This document shows positions 39,159 through 49,600 of a DNA stretch of 64,000 bases, piece by piece. A model generated the notes under the pieces. That model was not told where the DNA came from, made no database searches, and was given only the letters and a program-made list of their open reading frames with translations. Each line of letters begins with the position of its first letter. Position 1 is the first letter of the stretch. Origin of the DNA: a virus. Its lineage: Duplodnaviria > Caudoviricetes. The position numbers were made by a program, and so were the translations under genes. Where the stretch lies: positions 15,078 through 79,077 of the IMG/VR virus record IMGVR_UViG_3300010344_001170. One strand, 5' to 3'.

Positions 39159-40054
39159 AATTAGGAAATTTAAAAATTACGAATAAAGGACTTTATTGGG
39201 GGTTAATCATAACCTTTGCCTTTTTGTATTTGTTTGTAGGATTTGTATCGACCTTACATTCAATTACATTCTTTAATTTGGCAAACACAATGAGTCTTGC
39301 AATACTTCTTGGTATAACATATGAAATTGGCCAAGCATCAGTATTGTTTTCGATATTAATGACCAAAAACAAAGATAAATTTCTTCCTTGGGCTTTAATG
39401 TTTCTATTAACGGCATTGCAGGTTACGGCAAACGTTTACGCTTCGTTTAAATATATGGCCACATCTGGAAGCAATGATTGGATGTATTGGCAGAAATCTA
39501 TTCTTATAGGGGTGCAGGCTGAGAATGCGGAAATGTATCAAGTAATTATATCTTGGATTGCAGGCGCGTTACTTCCTATTGTTGCTCTTGGTATGACAGC
39601 TTTAGTGGCACAAAATATTAAATTGATGACTGAGGATTCTCCTGTACAGTCTACAGAAACAGGAGAAATAAATTCAGAAAGAATGGAAGCCATTATCGAA
39701 AATGAAGTTGAAAAAAGAATCAGAGAAAGAGATCAATTAGATGAAGAAGCTGCATCATTATCTCCTCCTGTTGAAGATTTAAAACAACAATATGATAAAT
39801 ACGATAAAGCAAATGATATTCCTGTTAAACTCGAAACACAATCAGGTGTGATACAAGAGCCTATTTCAATTCCTCTTCAAAAAGAACCAGAACCAGAACC
39901 GGAACCAGAAGTTGTTCAAGTTATTAAGCCAGTCAATAAAGTTCAAGGATGGCATTTCCTAAAAGAATTTGTGGATGACGATCATAATGTTTTTCAGAAG
40001 GGAAAATTTATAGGAAACGATCCAACTAAAATTCCAACCTCAAAAAAAGCATAG
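39155..40054 (+). CDS. Four-TM membrane protein with acidic tail; -1 frameshift extension to 40371
   Basis: Four hydrophobic helices; A_AAA_AAA slippery site and hairpin at the 3' end. Confidence 0.75.
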   Translation: MKLGNLKITNKGLYWGLIITFAFLYLFVGFVSTLHSITFFNLANTMSLAILLGITYEIGQASVLFSILMTKNKDKFLPWALMFLLTALQVTANVYASFKYMATSGSNDWMYWQKSILIGVQAENAEMYQVIISWIAGALLPIVALGMTALVAQNIKLMTEDSPVQSTETGEINSERMEAIIENEVEKRIRERDQLDEEAASLSPPVEDLKQQYDKYDKANDIPVKLETQSGVIQEPISIPLQKEPEPEPEPEVVQVIKPVNKVQGWHFLKEFVDDDHNVFQKGKFIGNDPTKIPTSKKA

Positions 40055-40088
40055 GGACCGGCAAAGATGAGGGGAAACATCCGGTCCC
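40042..40088 (+). promoter_or_regulatory. Programmed -1 ribosomal frameshift signal (candidate)
   Basis: A AAA AAA (40042-40048), 5-nt spacer, GGGACCGG/CCGGTCCC stem (40054-40088); -1 frame open to TAA 40369-40371 with no ATG/GTG/TTG. Confidence 0.75.
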
Positions 40089-40372
40089 TGAAGATACAAC
40101 CCCAGAAAAAGTTCTTGAAGAAATACGAAAACCTAGTAAAGGTGAAGAATTAATTAAGAGGCTTCAGGAAAGTAAGACTTCTTCAGATGTAAGTATCAAT
40201 GAACCAACAGAAGAAATCGCCCTAGCATCCTCCCAAGAGCCTGGGAGTGATAAGAAAACTGACTTTGCAAGTGTTGTTTTAGATGGAGTAGAAGTAGTTG
40301 ATGTAAAAGCTATTCCAAAGGATGGCATACCTGAAAGAGGACCAAGAAAAACATGGGATAAACCTATTTAAT

Positions 40373-40594
40373 ATGATAACTAAAATTCAAAAATTCGGAA
40401 AAGAACTTGCTGTGCAAGAACAACTAGTTGGTAAACATCGTGATCATTGTTTATGCTGGCAAAAATGTAAATATTTCAAACCAAACGAAGAAGATAATTG
40501 TCCTATAGCACAGGATTTATTTGAGTTTGATAAGAAATTTGGAGTAACTACCCCAGTATGGGAATGTGAAACCTACGAACCACTGCCAGAATAA
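40373..40594 (+). CDS. Small Cys-rich protein
   Basis: HCLCWQKC..C..C; ATG 40373 preferred over 40322. Confidence 0.6.
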   Translation: MITKIQKFGKELAVQEQLVGKHRDHCLCWQKCKYFKPNEEDNCPIAQDLFEFDKKFGVTTPVWECETYEPLPE

Positions 40595-40968
40595 ATCAGT
40601 TCAATTGCTTCTACAGGGATAGGCTCGAAAGTTATAATGAATGGATTATTCTTTTCCCAAGAAAAATTAGGATCATAAAACCATTGATTGGATATTTTTG
40701 ATGTATCAATTCTGTAGATGTCATCATCATATGTACTTTGAAACCAGTCATCTTTATTATCTGAATTACATGCAAAAATAACTTTACCTTCGATTGGAGT
40801 ATTTGAAAGCCAAGTTTCACTTTTTCCTTTCGGTATTAATCCTTCTTTTTGAATTTGATCTCGGAAAAATGGATTCGATACATGGTAAACATAACGATTT
40901 GGTTCTATAGGAACTAGATCGTTTTTGTTTTCAATTAGCCATTGATCTATGCCGATAAAATTATCCAT
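40573..40968 (-). CDS. Putative ADP-ribosyltransferase-fold protein
   Basis: YVYHVS..I.KEGLIP..IF..IYRID..IP.EAI pattern. Confidence 0.5.
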   Translation of the reverse strand: MDNFIGIDQWLIENKNDLVPIEPNRYVYHVSNPFFRDQIQKEGLIPKGKSETWLSNTPIEGKVIFACNSDNKDDWFQSTYDDDIYRIDTSKISNQWFYDPNFSWEKNNPFIITFEPIPVEAIELIYSGSGS

Positions 40969-40986
40969 ATAATTATATATAAATGG

Positions 40987-41012
40987 AGAAAGGGGCTTAT
41001 CGCCCCTTTCTT
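40987..41012. terminator. Terminator-like hairpin
   Basis: AAAGGGGC TTATC GCCCCTTT. Confidence 0.6.
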
Positions 41013-41341
41013 TAATCCTGGAGTAGATTAACACTCAGCCCTCTACCCTTAGGAAATAATTCGCCCTGCCTAACCATTTCGCTCACTTTCCAGTACATTT
41101 TCTGGTATCTTCCTTTTCCCTTTTTGGAATAGGGTAAAAGTTTTCTCACCAGGTCTTCACGGCGAATACCGTCGTTTCTTCGAACCTCATTAATAATAGC
41201 AATCTTCCACTGATTTGATTCAGCTTTAGTCATCTTCTTACTCTTACGAGGTTTGCTTGTAGAGTTCTGCGAACGTACTTCATTCTGAAGTTGTTTCGCC
41301 ATTTCAATTAGAGCACTAAGCTCCATGTCAAAATTTTTCAT
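41012..41341 (-). CDS. Basic early protein, possible winged-helix DNA binder
   Basis: IINEVRRNDGIRREDL..VSEMVRQGELF; TATATTTG at 41486-41493. Confidence 0.5.
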   Translation of the reverse strand: MKNFDMELSALIEMAKQLQNEVRSQNSTSKPRKSKKMTKAESNQWKIAIINEVRRNDGIRREDLVRKLLPYSKKGKGRYQKMYWKVSEMVRQGELFPKGRGLSVNLLQD

Positions 41342-41589
41342 ACGCGATACTTTTTAAATTACACAATTAGAAACTAAGCGGTTGTCTGGCCGCCTATATC
41401 GTTTGTGTTCCTTAATGGATTCGTTTTGATTATTGGTTTATACCGCGATGAATCCTACAAACAATTCAAAGAACGATTTCGAAAGCAAATATAAATAATA
41501 TCCGTGAGATAAAAAAATGTTTTTGAAAATATTTTTCGTTTAAGCCCTCTTTTTTTACGCGAATAAATAAATAAAATAATACTCTCATA

Positions 41590-43254
41590 ATGGCTATAGA
41601 TTTATTTAATAATCCATCAAACGATTATATTTATCCAGGACTTTCCCCTTGCCCAGGTGTAGGAGACGACCAATATCTAGTATGGACTGAGAATGGATTA
41701 GCAATCATAAAAGGGAGTGATGTAATCAGTGAAATTGGATTCAGTGATTTACAAGTTCCTGTTAATTCTTTTAGCAAGCAACAATTGATACTTGGATCCG
41801 GCGAAGTTGTTTTTATTCCTGGATTAACAAAAGGATTATGTAATAAGGCATTAGGATTCTTTTTACCATCATTAGATAGTTCTGATTTAGATTTAAATTC
41901 ATATTTTTTAGGTATTGATTTTTCCATAAATTATTATAAGAATTTTAGTTATACATCAACACATATAGATGTATCAGCTAATTATGAACAAAATTTAGGA
42001 ATTGCTGATGCGTTAAATATCAAATTCGATGAATTAGGAATTAAAGTATCATCATCTTATGATCCAAGCATTCTTTGCTTTGCAGGAACTACAGCTGGTT
42101 ATGAATATTTTATTACGAATGCAACTTTAAGAGTTTATGATACTTCAGAAGCATATGGTTCTCCATTCCCAATTGGAGGTAATGCTCAAACATATGATTT
42201 AATTGAAGACCCATCTGCTTATATTCCTGCATTTAAATATCCTAATACAGCAATGCAAGGAATTGCTCTTAAGGGAATTTATCCAAACGAACAAGCAGAA
42301 TGTGATAAATGGTTCTATTTACACCATGTTACGGATTATGTAATCGTATTTGATCCATATAATGTAAATTATGATACAGAAGTTTCTACTAATTTAGCAT
42401 TATCATATCCTGTAAAATATCCAGGAATTCCTACTATTGCTGATTATCTTACAACAGTTGATCTTTATGGAATAACTATTGATGGATCAGATATGGCTGA
42501 TGTTAGTATAGCAAATTCAATAATAACAAATTCAAATATTGAAACATCGAATATTCGTGATTGTTCAATTGACTTATGTAATCTAACAGAAGTTTATGTA
42601 GCTAACACAGAAATTGAACAAAGCAGTATCGATTTAGGAGAATTAACTAATAGTATCGTAAATAATGGTTCATCTGTTCAGAACAGTATATTAATTAATT
42701 CTTGGATTAATGTTTACAAACTAGTCGTAAATCCATCATCAGGAGAAATAATTTGGGTTACTGACGATGCGTCATTTGTAAATGTCGTTGTTAATGGAGG
42801 AGAAATTTGGGATTCATCTATTAATAATGCAACTCTTTATGATGTTTCATTGTATAATTGCTGGATTGAAGATTCTTCTGTATCAGGATGTACATTTCAC
42901 AATTGTGCATTCGATTCAAGAACTATTGTAGAAGATACAGTAGACATTATGATGGATCCATCCATAGCTTGTGAATTTGATATTGTTCAAGATACTTCAA
43001 TATTCTATCTAAGACGTAGAAGAAAAATTGAAATTGGAATGAGCGGATGTAGTGTTGAAGACTTAATGAGTGCTGGAGATTATTTGAATTTAGTAACAAA
43101 TAGAGGATGGTGGAAAAAAGTTGGAGATATTTACATTTGGATTTCATCTCCAGATTGTGAAGGTGATTGTTTAAACAAAAACTTAATAGAAGGATTTTAT
43201 GTTTATAATCCGCATGAATTTACAATGCAAATCGAATATATGATTATAGTATGA
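41590..43254 (+). CDS. Probable structural protein with pentapeptide-like beta-solenoid
   Basis: Five-residue periodicity (NSIIT NSNIE TSNIR DCSID). Confidence 0.5.
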   Translation: MAIDLFNNPSNDYIYPGLSPCPGVGDDQYLVWTENGLAIIKGSDVISEIGFSDLQVPVNSFSKQQLILGSGEVVFIPGLTKGLCNKALGFFLPSLDSSDLDLNSYFLGIDFSINYYKNFSYTSTHIDVSANYEQNLGIADALNIKFDELGIKVSSSYDPSILCFAGTTAGYEYFITNATLRVYDTSEAYGSPFPIGGNAQTYDLIEDPSAYIPAFKYPNTAMQGIALKGIYPNEQAECDKWFYLHHVTDYVIVFDPYNVNYDTEVSTNLALSYPVKYPGIPTIADYLTTVDLYGITIDGSDMADVSIANSIITNSNIETSNIRDCSIDLCNLTEVYVANTEIEQSSIDLGELTNSIVNNGSSVQNSILINSWINVYKLVVNPSSGEIIWVTDDASFVNVVVNGGEIWDSSINNATLYDVSLYNCWIEDSSVSGCTFHNCAFDSRTIVEDTVDIMMDPSIACEFDIVQDTSIFYLRRRRKIEIGMSGCSVEDLMSAGDYLNLVTNRGWWKKVGDIYIWISSPDCEGDCLNKNLIEGFYVYNPHEFTMQIEYMIIV

Positions 43255-44387
43255 GAGCACAATTAGTTAAAGAAAATATTCAAACTATTTTAGTTCCTAA
43301 AACTCCTGAAGAACTAGGAGAAGCAAAGGAAAAAGTGCAATTAGTTATGTATCGTATTGAGAAATCATTCAACGAACGATACCCAGAAAATCCTATAACT
43401 GATTTTAATTATTTCTTTGACGGAGGAGGAATTAATTTAACTATTGAGTTTAGAGATCCAATTAAAGATATGAATTTAATAGAAGACATTTTATATCCCT
43501 ATCCACAAATAAGTAACGAAGTAGAAGTATCTGATGAATTTCCATATCAACCACAATCAGAAGAAGAGTTTCCACCTGAAATAGAATATGTTGAAACAAA
43601 TATCGTAAATGTTGTGTTTCCTTTAAGTATTGTTAATGAAAACTGGGGAGGTGGAGGAGTTGGATATGCAGTTTGGGGTGGTGGTACAGGAAGAAATTTT
43701 GGCAACCCTTCAATGAGAGGAGGATTTGCTGGAAGAGGATTTGGCTTTGGCGGATCTATGAATTTATCCGGTGGTCCTAACCTAATGTATACTTATGCTG
43801 TAAAACCATTAAATACAGTTCTGCAACAACCTGCAACACCACAGGATGATGAACAATATATTCATGTTGGTAGTAAAATAAAAGGAAAAATATTAAATAC
43901 AAACAAAGATATTGAAGGACAAATTCTTAGAATAGAAGAAGATGAAGATAACAATATAAAATGGTATGTTGTTCTTGATAAAGAAGGAAGAAAAAGAAAA
44001 GTAGATCCAACAAGTGCTTATCTAGATGAACCAGAACAAATTATAGATCCAAATGTAATGGATATAGCTAATGAGAGTTTTTATCCTACGTTATATGAGA
44101 GAATGACACATGATGAAGCGGCGACGGACGTTGAAGAAAAAGTTAAAAGAAGCAAAAAACTTCCTGCAGAAATTAAAGAAAAGATTTATCCTTTAATTGT
44201 AAAAGGAGAAACTGAATACAGAGATGGTAAAGTGTTTAGACTTCGTTATCCAAAATCTAAAGGATGCGATTTAGGTGCCGATAAAAATGGATTCTTTGTA
44301 TTCACACATCGTGCTAGATCAAAATCAAAAGAAGATATAGATAAAATTCCTGAAAAGGACATTAAATTTATAAAAAGCACAGGATGA
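43251..44387 (+). CDS. Multi-domain protein with shared leader (MRAQLVKENIQTILVPKTPEEL) and Gly-rich linker
   Basis: ORF. Confidence 0.65.
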   Translation: MRAQLVKENIQTILVPKTPEELGEAKEKVQLVMYRIEKSFNERYPENPITDFNYFFDGGGINLTIEFRDPIKDMNLIEDILYPYPQISNEVEVSDEFPYQPQSEEEFPPEIEYVETNIVNVVFPLSIVNENWGGGGVGYAVWGGGTGRNFGNPSMRGGFAGRGFGFGGSMNLSGGPNLMYTYAVKPLNTVLQQPATPQDDEQYIHVGSKIKGKILNTNKDIEGQILRIEEDEDNNIKWYVVLDKEGRKRKVDPTSAYLDEPEQIIDPNVMDIANESFYPTLYERMTHDEAATDVEEKVKRSKKLPAEIKEKIYPLIVKGETEYRDGKVFRLRYPKSKGCDLGADKNGFFVFTHRARSKSKEDIDKIPEKDIKFIKSTG

Positions 44388-44686
44388 AATTAGTAAAAGA
44401 AAGTTTGAATGAACAAATGGTATATAATTTTCATGAAATTCCATCAGACGAAGAACGCGTAAACAAAAGATTACGTGATCTTTTAGTAGATATTATAATG
44501 AATGAGCGAGGTGTTTCTGAAAAATCTTTTTCAGAAGTGGACCAGATAATACAAGAGGTGAAAACTTTTTGTGATAGTAAGCTGATAATATATACAAAAG
44601 CAAGATTGTATGATCAGGCAAAGAAACGATTACAATTTTTGGCCGAAAAAATTTATGAAAGATATTTTAACTTAAAATCAAAATAA
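44384..44686 (+). CDS. Hypothetical protein with shared leader (MKLVKESLNE)
   Basis: ORF. Confidence 0.65.
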   Translation: MKLVKESLNEQMVYNFHEIPSDEERVNKRLRDLLVDIIMNERGVSEKSFSEVDQIIQEVKTFCDSKLIIYTKARLYDQAKKRLQFLAEKIYERYFNLKSK

Positions 44687-44744
44687 TCAATTAATGCAAA
44701 ATTAGTGTGGAAAACCAGCACGTAAATTACATTATGAATATAAA

Positions 44745-46643
44745 GTGGTTTTTAATTTAAAAAGAGGCCTGAGTCTCTTTTTCTTTTTATGTTGGACGAT
44801 CTTATTGAAAGCGGAAATCTATTACGTTTCTCCAACAGGAAACGACAAAAATCCAGGAACATACAGCAATCCATGGAAGACCATAGCTTATGCCTCATCC
44901 CAAGCAACTTCAGGAGATGTAATTAATTTAAAACCAGGTACTTTTCTAGAACTTTTTCCAAGCTTAATAAAGCCTAATGTCAACCTTGAGGGGGTAGGCC
45001 CTGGATCTATTATTAAATCTAATGTAGAAAATGGCCCCACAATCATTCTTATGTCCCAGGAGGGAGCATATGGTAATCAGTATATTGCCAATTTGACTAT
45101 TGACGGAGATAATCTAAAGGGATATGGGGGAATTCTTGTAAGTGGAAGAAGTAATGTGAGCATTCATCATTGCAATTTTAAAAATTTAAGAAATTATGCT
45201 GCAGTATTTAATGCAAGTACTGATACTGCAAACTACGAACCTAGATTTTTCTTTGGAATTGATACAGCTACTCACTTAGAGCCAACAGTTTATGCAAATG
45301 GAAATAAATTCTTTCAAAACACCATTGAAAACTGCGCTATTTTTTATCCAGCAAAAAGAGCATTAGGTGCTTTAATGATTGGGGGTCAAAATGAAATAAA
45401 CATTTTTGATAATAATATTAGTCAGGATCAAAGAGAAGTTGGAAATAATGGTTATCCAATAAAACATTATAGAGGTGGATATAATAAGAATCCAAAAATA
45501 TTCAGAAATACTTTAATAAAAACCCCAACAATTTTATCAAGAGATGAATTCTTTTTAGGTTGTGCTATTGAACTTTGGCATACGATCGGTGGTGAAATTT
45601 ATGAAAACAAATTAAGAGGCGGAATGTTTTTTGTTTTTCTTAAGGACATAAAAATTCATCATAATACAATTGGATATGACTCATTAACAGTTGTTCCTAA
45701 AACTGGAATTTACGTTTCTGGAGATGTGAATAATGTTACTATAAACAACAATTATTTCGAAAATTTAGCATTACAAATAGCATTTAGTCCTTTTGCAGCT
45801 ACCAAATTAGATAGTGTTTTCATACACACTAATGTCATGTTTAATATTGGTGTTTCCACAGATGAATGGTGGGGATGCGGTATTAGTTTTGCAGGATTAA
45901 CTTCAGATACAGTTTCTAATCTTCATGTTGTTGGCAACACAATGATTGCAAATCCCGGAAGTAGAAATACAAGAATCGGGCTTTATTTACCAACTACAGG
46001 TTACGCAACGAATATCAATATTCGAAATAATATAATGTCAGGATTTAGATATGCAACTATTTTTGCTGCAGGTCCTGATCGTACTTTAGATTTGCTTTCT
46101 ATACAAAACAATATTTTGTGGGACAACACATCAGATACAACTAAAACTTACTGTACAAGTGATTCAGCATATTTTACAAATATAAAACCCCCTCTTAGAT
46201 ATGTTGACGAAAATAATTTTTATCAAGATCCTATGTTTATTGATGATCAATTTCATTTGTCATCAAGTTCTCCTGCTCTTAATAATGGAATTTATATTCC
46301 ATGGATAGATAAGGATTTTGAAGATAATTTAATTATGAATCCTCCTGATATTGGGGCTCTTGCCTTCAATATTCTGATCATTGATGAGCCAGTTATTGCC
46401 GATGAAAATGGCTTATTAATTTATCCAGTTCCCGTAACAAATTATTTTACATTAGTTATCAAAGATCCCATGTTTCAACAGGCGAATATGGAGATATACG
46501 ATTTTGCAGGAAAATTAATTTATCGTGAAAAAATAATTGAAAATATTACTCATTTTTCACAAATAAATTGGAAGGCCGGCTTATATATATTAAAAGTACA
46601 AACGAGTAGGGAACTATTGGTATCTAAAATTATAGTTCTCTGA
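44745..46643 (+). CDS. Secreted right-handed beta-helix protein with T9SS type A C-terminal domain
   Basis: Signal peptide (..LLKA/EIYYVSPTGND); beta-helix repeats; IYPVP..IYDFAGK..AGLYILKV..SKIIVL. Confidence 0.85.
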   Translation: MVFNLKRGLSLFFFLCWTILLKAEIYYVSPTGNDKNPGTYSNPWKTIAYASSQATSGDVINLKPGTFLELFPSLIKPNVNLEGVGPGSIIKSNVENGPTIILMSQEGAYGNQYIANLTIDGDNLKGYGGILVSGRSNVSIHHCNFKNLRNYAAVFNASTDTANYEPRFFFGIDTATHLEPTVYANGNKFFQNTIENCAIFYPAKRALGALMIGGQNEINIFDNNISQDQREVGNNGYPIKHYRGGYNKNPKIFRNTLIKTPTILSRDEFFLGCAIELWHTIGGEIYENKLRGGMFFVFLKDIKIHHNTIGYDSLTVVPKTGIYVSGDVNNVTINNNYFENLALQIAFSPFAATKLDSVFIHTNVMFNIGVSTDEWWGCGISFAGLTSDTVSNLHVVGNTMIANPGSRNTRIGLYLPTTGYATNINIRNNIMSGFRYATIFAAGPDRTLDLLSIQNNILWDNTSDTTKTYCTSDSAYFTNIKPPLRYVDENNFYQDPMFIDDQFHLSSSSPALNNGIYIPWIDKDFEDNLIMNPPDIGALAFNILIIDEPVIADENGLLIYPVPVTNYFTLVIKDPMFQQANMEIYDFAGKLIYREKIIENITHFSQINWKAGLYILKVQTSRELLVSKIIVL

Positions 46644-49600
46644 TGATCAAAAAGCTCGTATTTGTCTTAACGTTTCTTCTAACATTTTTAACTAATTTTG
46701 CGCAGATGGCTGACTTAACATACCAAGGCCAAACGTATGTCAATAATGAGACAGGCGTATGGACGGGGGTGAATGTTCCCAGAACGTCACCAACGAACTT
46801 TAAATTTTTATATAACTCTTTAACATCTGTTAATGTTCAGGGTTATATGTTGCAAGCTGGAGATGAAGGCGTTAATGCATACAATGGAAACTTAAATGGT
46901 GAACTTATTCAAGGAAACCAATTCATTTGGAATGGAAATTTTAGTGGTTTAGGAACCTCAATGACAATTACTCATGGAGTGTTTACAGGTTGTAATATAA
47001 ATGTAAACATTAAGCATAATTATTTGTACCGAGTTCCTATGGGAATCATACGAAAATCAGCAAGTAGTATGGTCAACACTTCAGGTGGAGTTTCGTACAA
47101 TATTCTTAAAACATTTAATGTTGGTGGTGTAGTAAAAGGGATGAGTGGAGTAAAATGGTATAATAACACATTTTATCAAGACAGACCAACATATAGTAGT
47201 TCAGATCCAACAGCTGGAACATGGAGAGGAGCAATAGACGTATATACAAATACTGATGTTACTCCTAATTCTATTTCTCATGGAACGAAAATTAAAAATA
47301 ATATATTCTATTCCAAATACAAAACATTAGCCATAAATGTAATGGATGCAGCAAGTTTAACAGACTTTGAATGTGATTATAATGTTTATTGGGTAGAAGA
47401 AGGAGATCATAAACCTGTATTTAATGCAGGCGGCACGACAAAAACATGGGATCAATGGAGAGCTATGGGATACGATGCACATTCTGTTGTCATGAATCCT
47501 AATTTTATTGATTTTGTTAATTTTGTTCCAGCAACACGTTTAGATTATGGAACAGATTTAGGAAGTGAATTCAATACAGGTTTATCAACTACTGCTGTAT
47601 GGACAGTAGGTTCTATGCCTGCAACGACAGTTCAAAATGGAACTTGGCAAGTTGGGGCACGAATTTATGCAGCAACCCCTGTAGTTCCAACTAGTCCATA
47701 TTTTGTTGCTCCAAATGGAAATGATGCAACGGGAGATGGAACAATTGATAAACCTTGGTTTACTCTTAATAAGGCATGGTCTTATGTAAAAGCAGGAGAA
47801 ACTGTTTACATGCGTGGGGGCACATATGCTTATCATCAACAACAAAGATTAACCGGAAAAAATGGAACTTCAACATCAAGAATAAAACTTTTAGCATACA
47901 ATGGAGAACGTCCAATTATTACAAGAGGAGATCCTTACACTTATCCTGGATGGCCACACGCTATAATTTATTTTACAGCAAATTATGCTGATGTAAAGGG
48001 ATTAGATGTTTCAGGTGTATCTCAGCCAGCAAGTTCCCCAGATATGCATGAACCATTTAGAGCTTATGGATGTAATTATTGTACATTTGAATTACTTGAT
48101 ATTCATCATAATGGAGCTGGATTTCAATTAACAAATAGCAATCAATGTTATGTTATAAATAGTGATTTCCACCACAATCAAGATCCTTATACAACAAGTG
48201 CTGGAGCTTACGGAAATGCAGATGGTATGGGTATTGATGGAACTAATCCAAATGCAATAAACTATGTTATAGGATGCCGTTTCTGGTATAACTCAGATGA
48301 TGGTATTGATGGATGGGCAGAAGAAGGAACGATTGTTATTGAAAATTGCTGGGCTTTCTGGAATGGATTTATTCCTGATACTTGGAATAAAGGTGGTGAC
48401 GGAAGTGGATTCAAACTTGGAAAAACAGATGCTATAGTTCCAACAATTGTTAAGAGAAAATTATACAACAACATTTCATTCCAAAATAAAAAATGGGGAT
48501 TTTTAGATAATGGAATTCAATGTAATGCTGAATTATACAATAATACTGCTATAGAAAATGGTTATAAAAATTTAGATTCGTGGGCAGGAGGATTTAATTT
48601 TACTTTAGTTCCTACAACAAAATTCTTTATAAAAAATAATATCGCTTATAAAAACAACATAACACAAGTAAGTATTGGAGATGACACGAATGTCGATCAT
48701 AACACATGGGATTTGTCAGTAACTGTTACTGATGCTGATTTTGTAAGCATAATTCCTACAGGTGTAGATGGTCCAAGACAAGCAGATGGAAGTTTACCAA
48801 ATCTTACTTATTTAAAACTTGCGCAAGGTTCTGATTTAATCAACAAAGGTGTTGATGTAGGTCTGCCTTATAAAAGCACAGCTCCTGATTTAGGTGCGTA
48901 TGAATCCGATTATTCATCAGTTCCTGTAAGTCCTTATTTCATTGCTCCAAATGGTAATGATACAACAGGCGATGGAACAATAGATCATCCTTGGTTTACA
49001 ATAAACAAAGCGTGGAGTTATATAAAACCTGGCGAAATAATTTACATGAGAGGGGGAACTTATTATTATAATGAGACTCAAAATCTTACTGTAAAAACAG
49101 GGACCGTGGGAAATATGCTTAAACTTTATGCATATCAAGGTGAAAGAGTAATCATTCGTCCTTCGGCAACATATACTGCTACAAGAGGGGTTTATGTTCG
49201 TTCAAACTTTGTTCATATGAAAGGACCTATGGAAATTTGTTATTATGAACAAATGACTCCAACTGAATGGTATAATGGTATAACAGCTTATAGTTCAAAT
49301 GATTGTATCTTTGAACAAATTGATGTTCACCATAATGGATTTGGATTCTCAATTGGTGGTATTTCAACAAGAAACTTAGTATTGAATTCTGATTTTCATC
49401 ATAATTACGATCCTATTACAGCGATTACAACTAATGTTCCTTATGGAGGTTCAGATGGTTTAACCATTCGTGTAGCTGACCCATCTTCAGTAAACACTAT
49501 GAAAGGATGCCGTATGTGGAACAATAGTGATGATGGTTTCGATGGATGGTATAATTCTGGAATGTTAATATTTGAAGATTGCTGGTCATTCAACAATGGT

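Noticed and set aside
40322-40372. Track start MAYLKEDQ for the Cys-rich ORF
   Set aside because: Overlaps the frameshift extension; ATG at 40373 directly after its stop is more parsimonious
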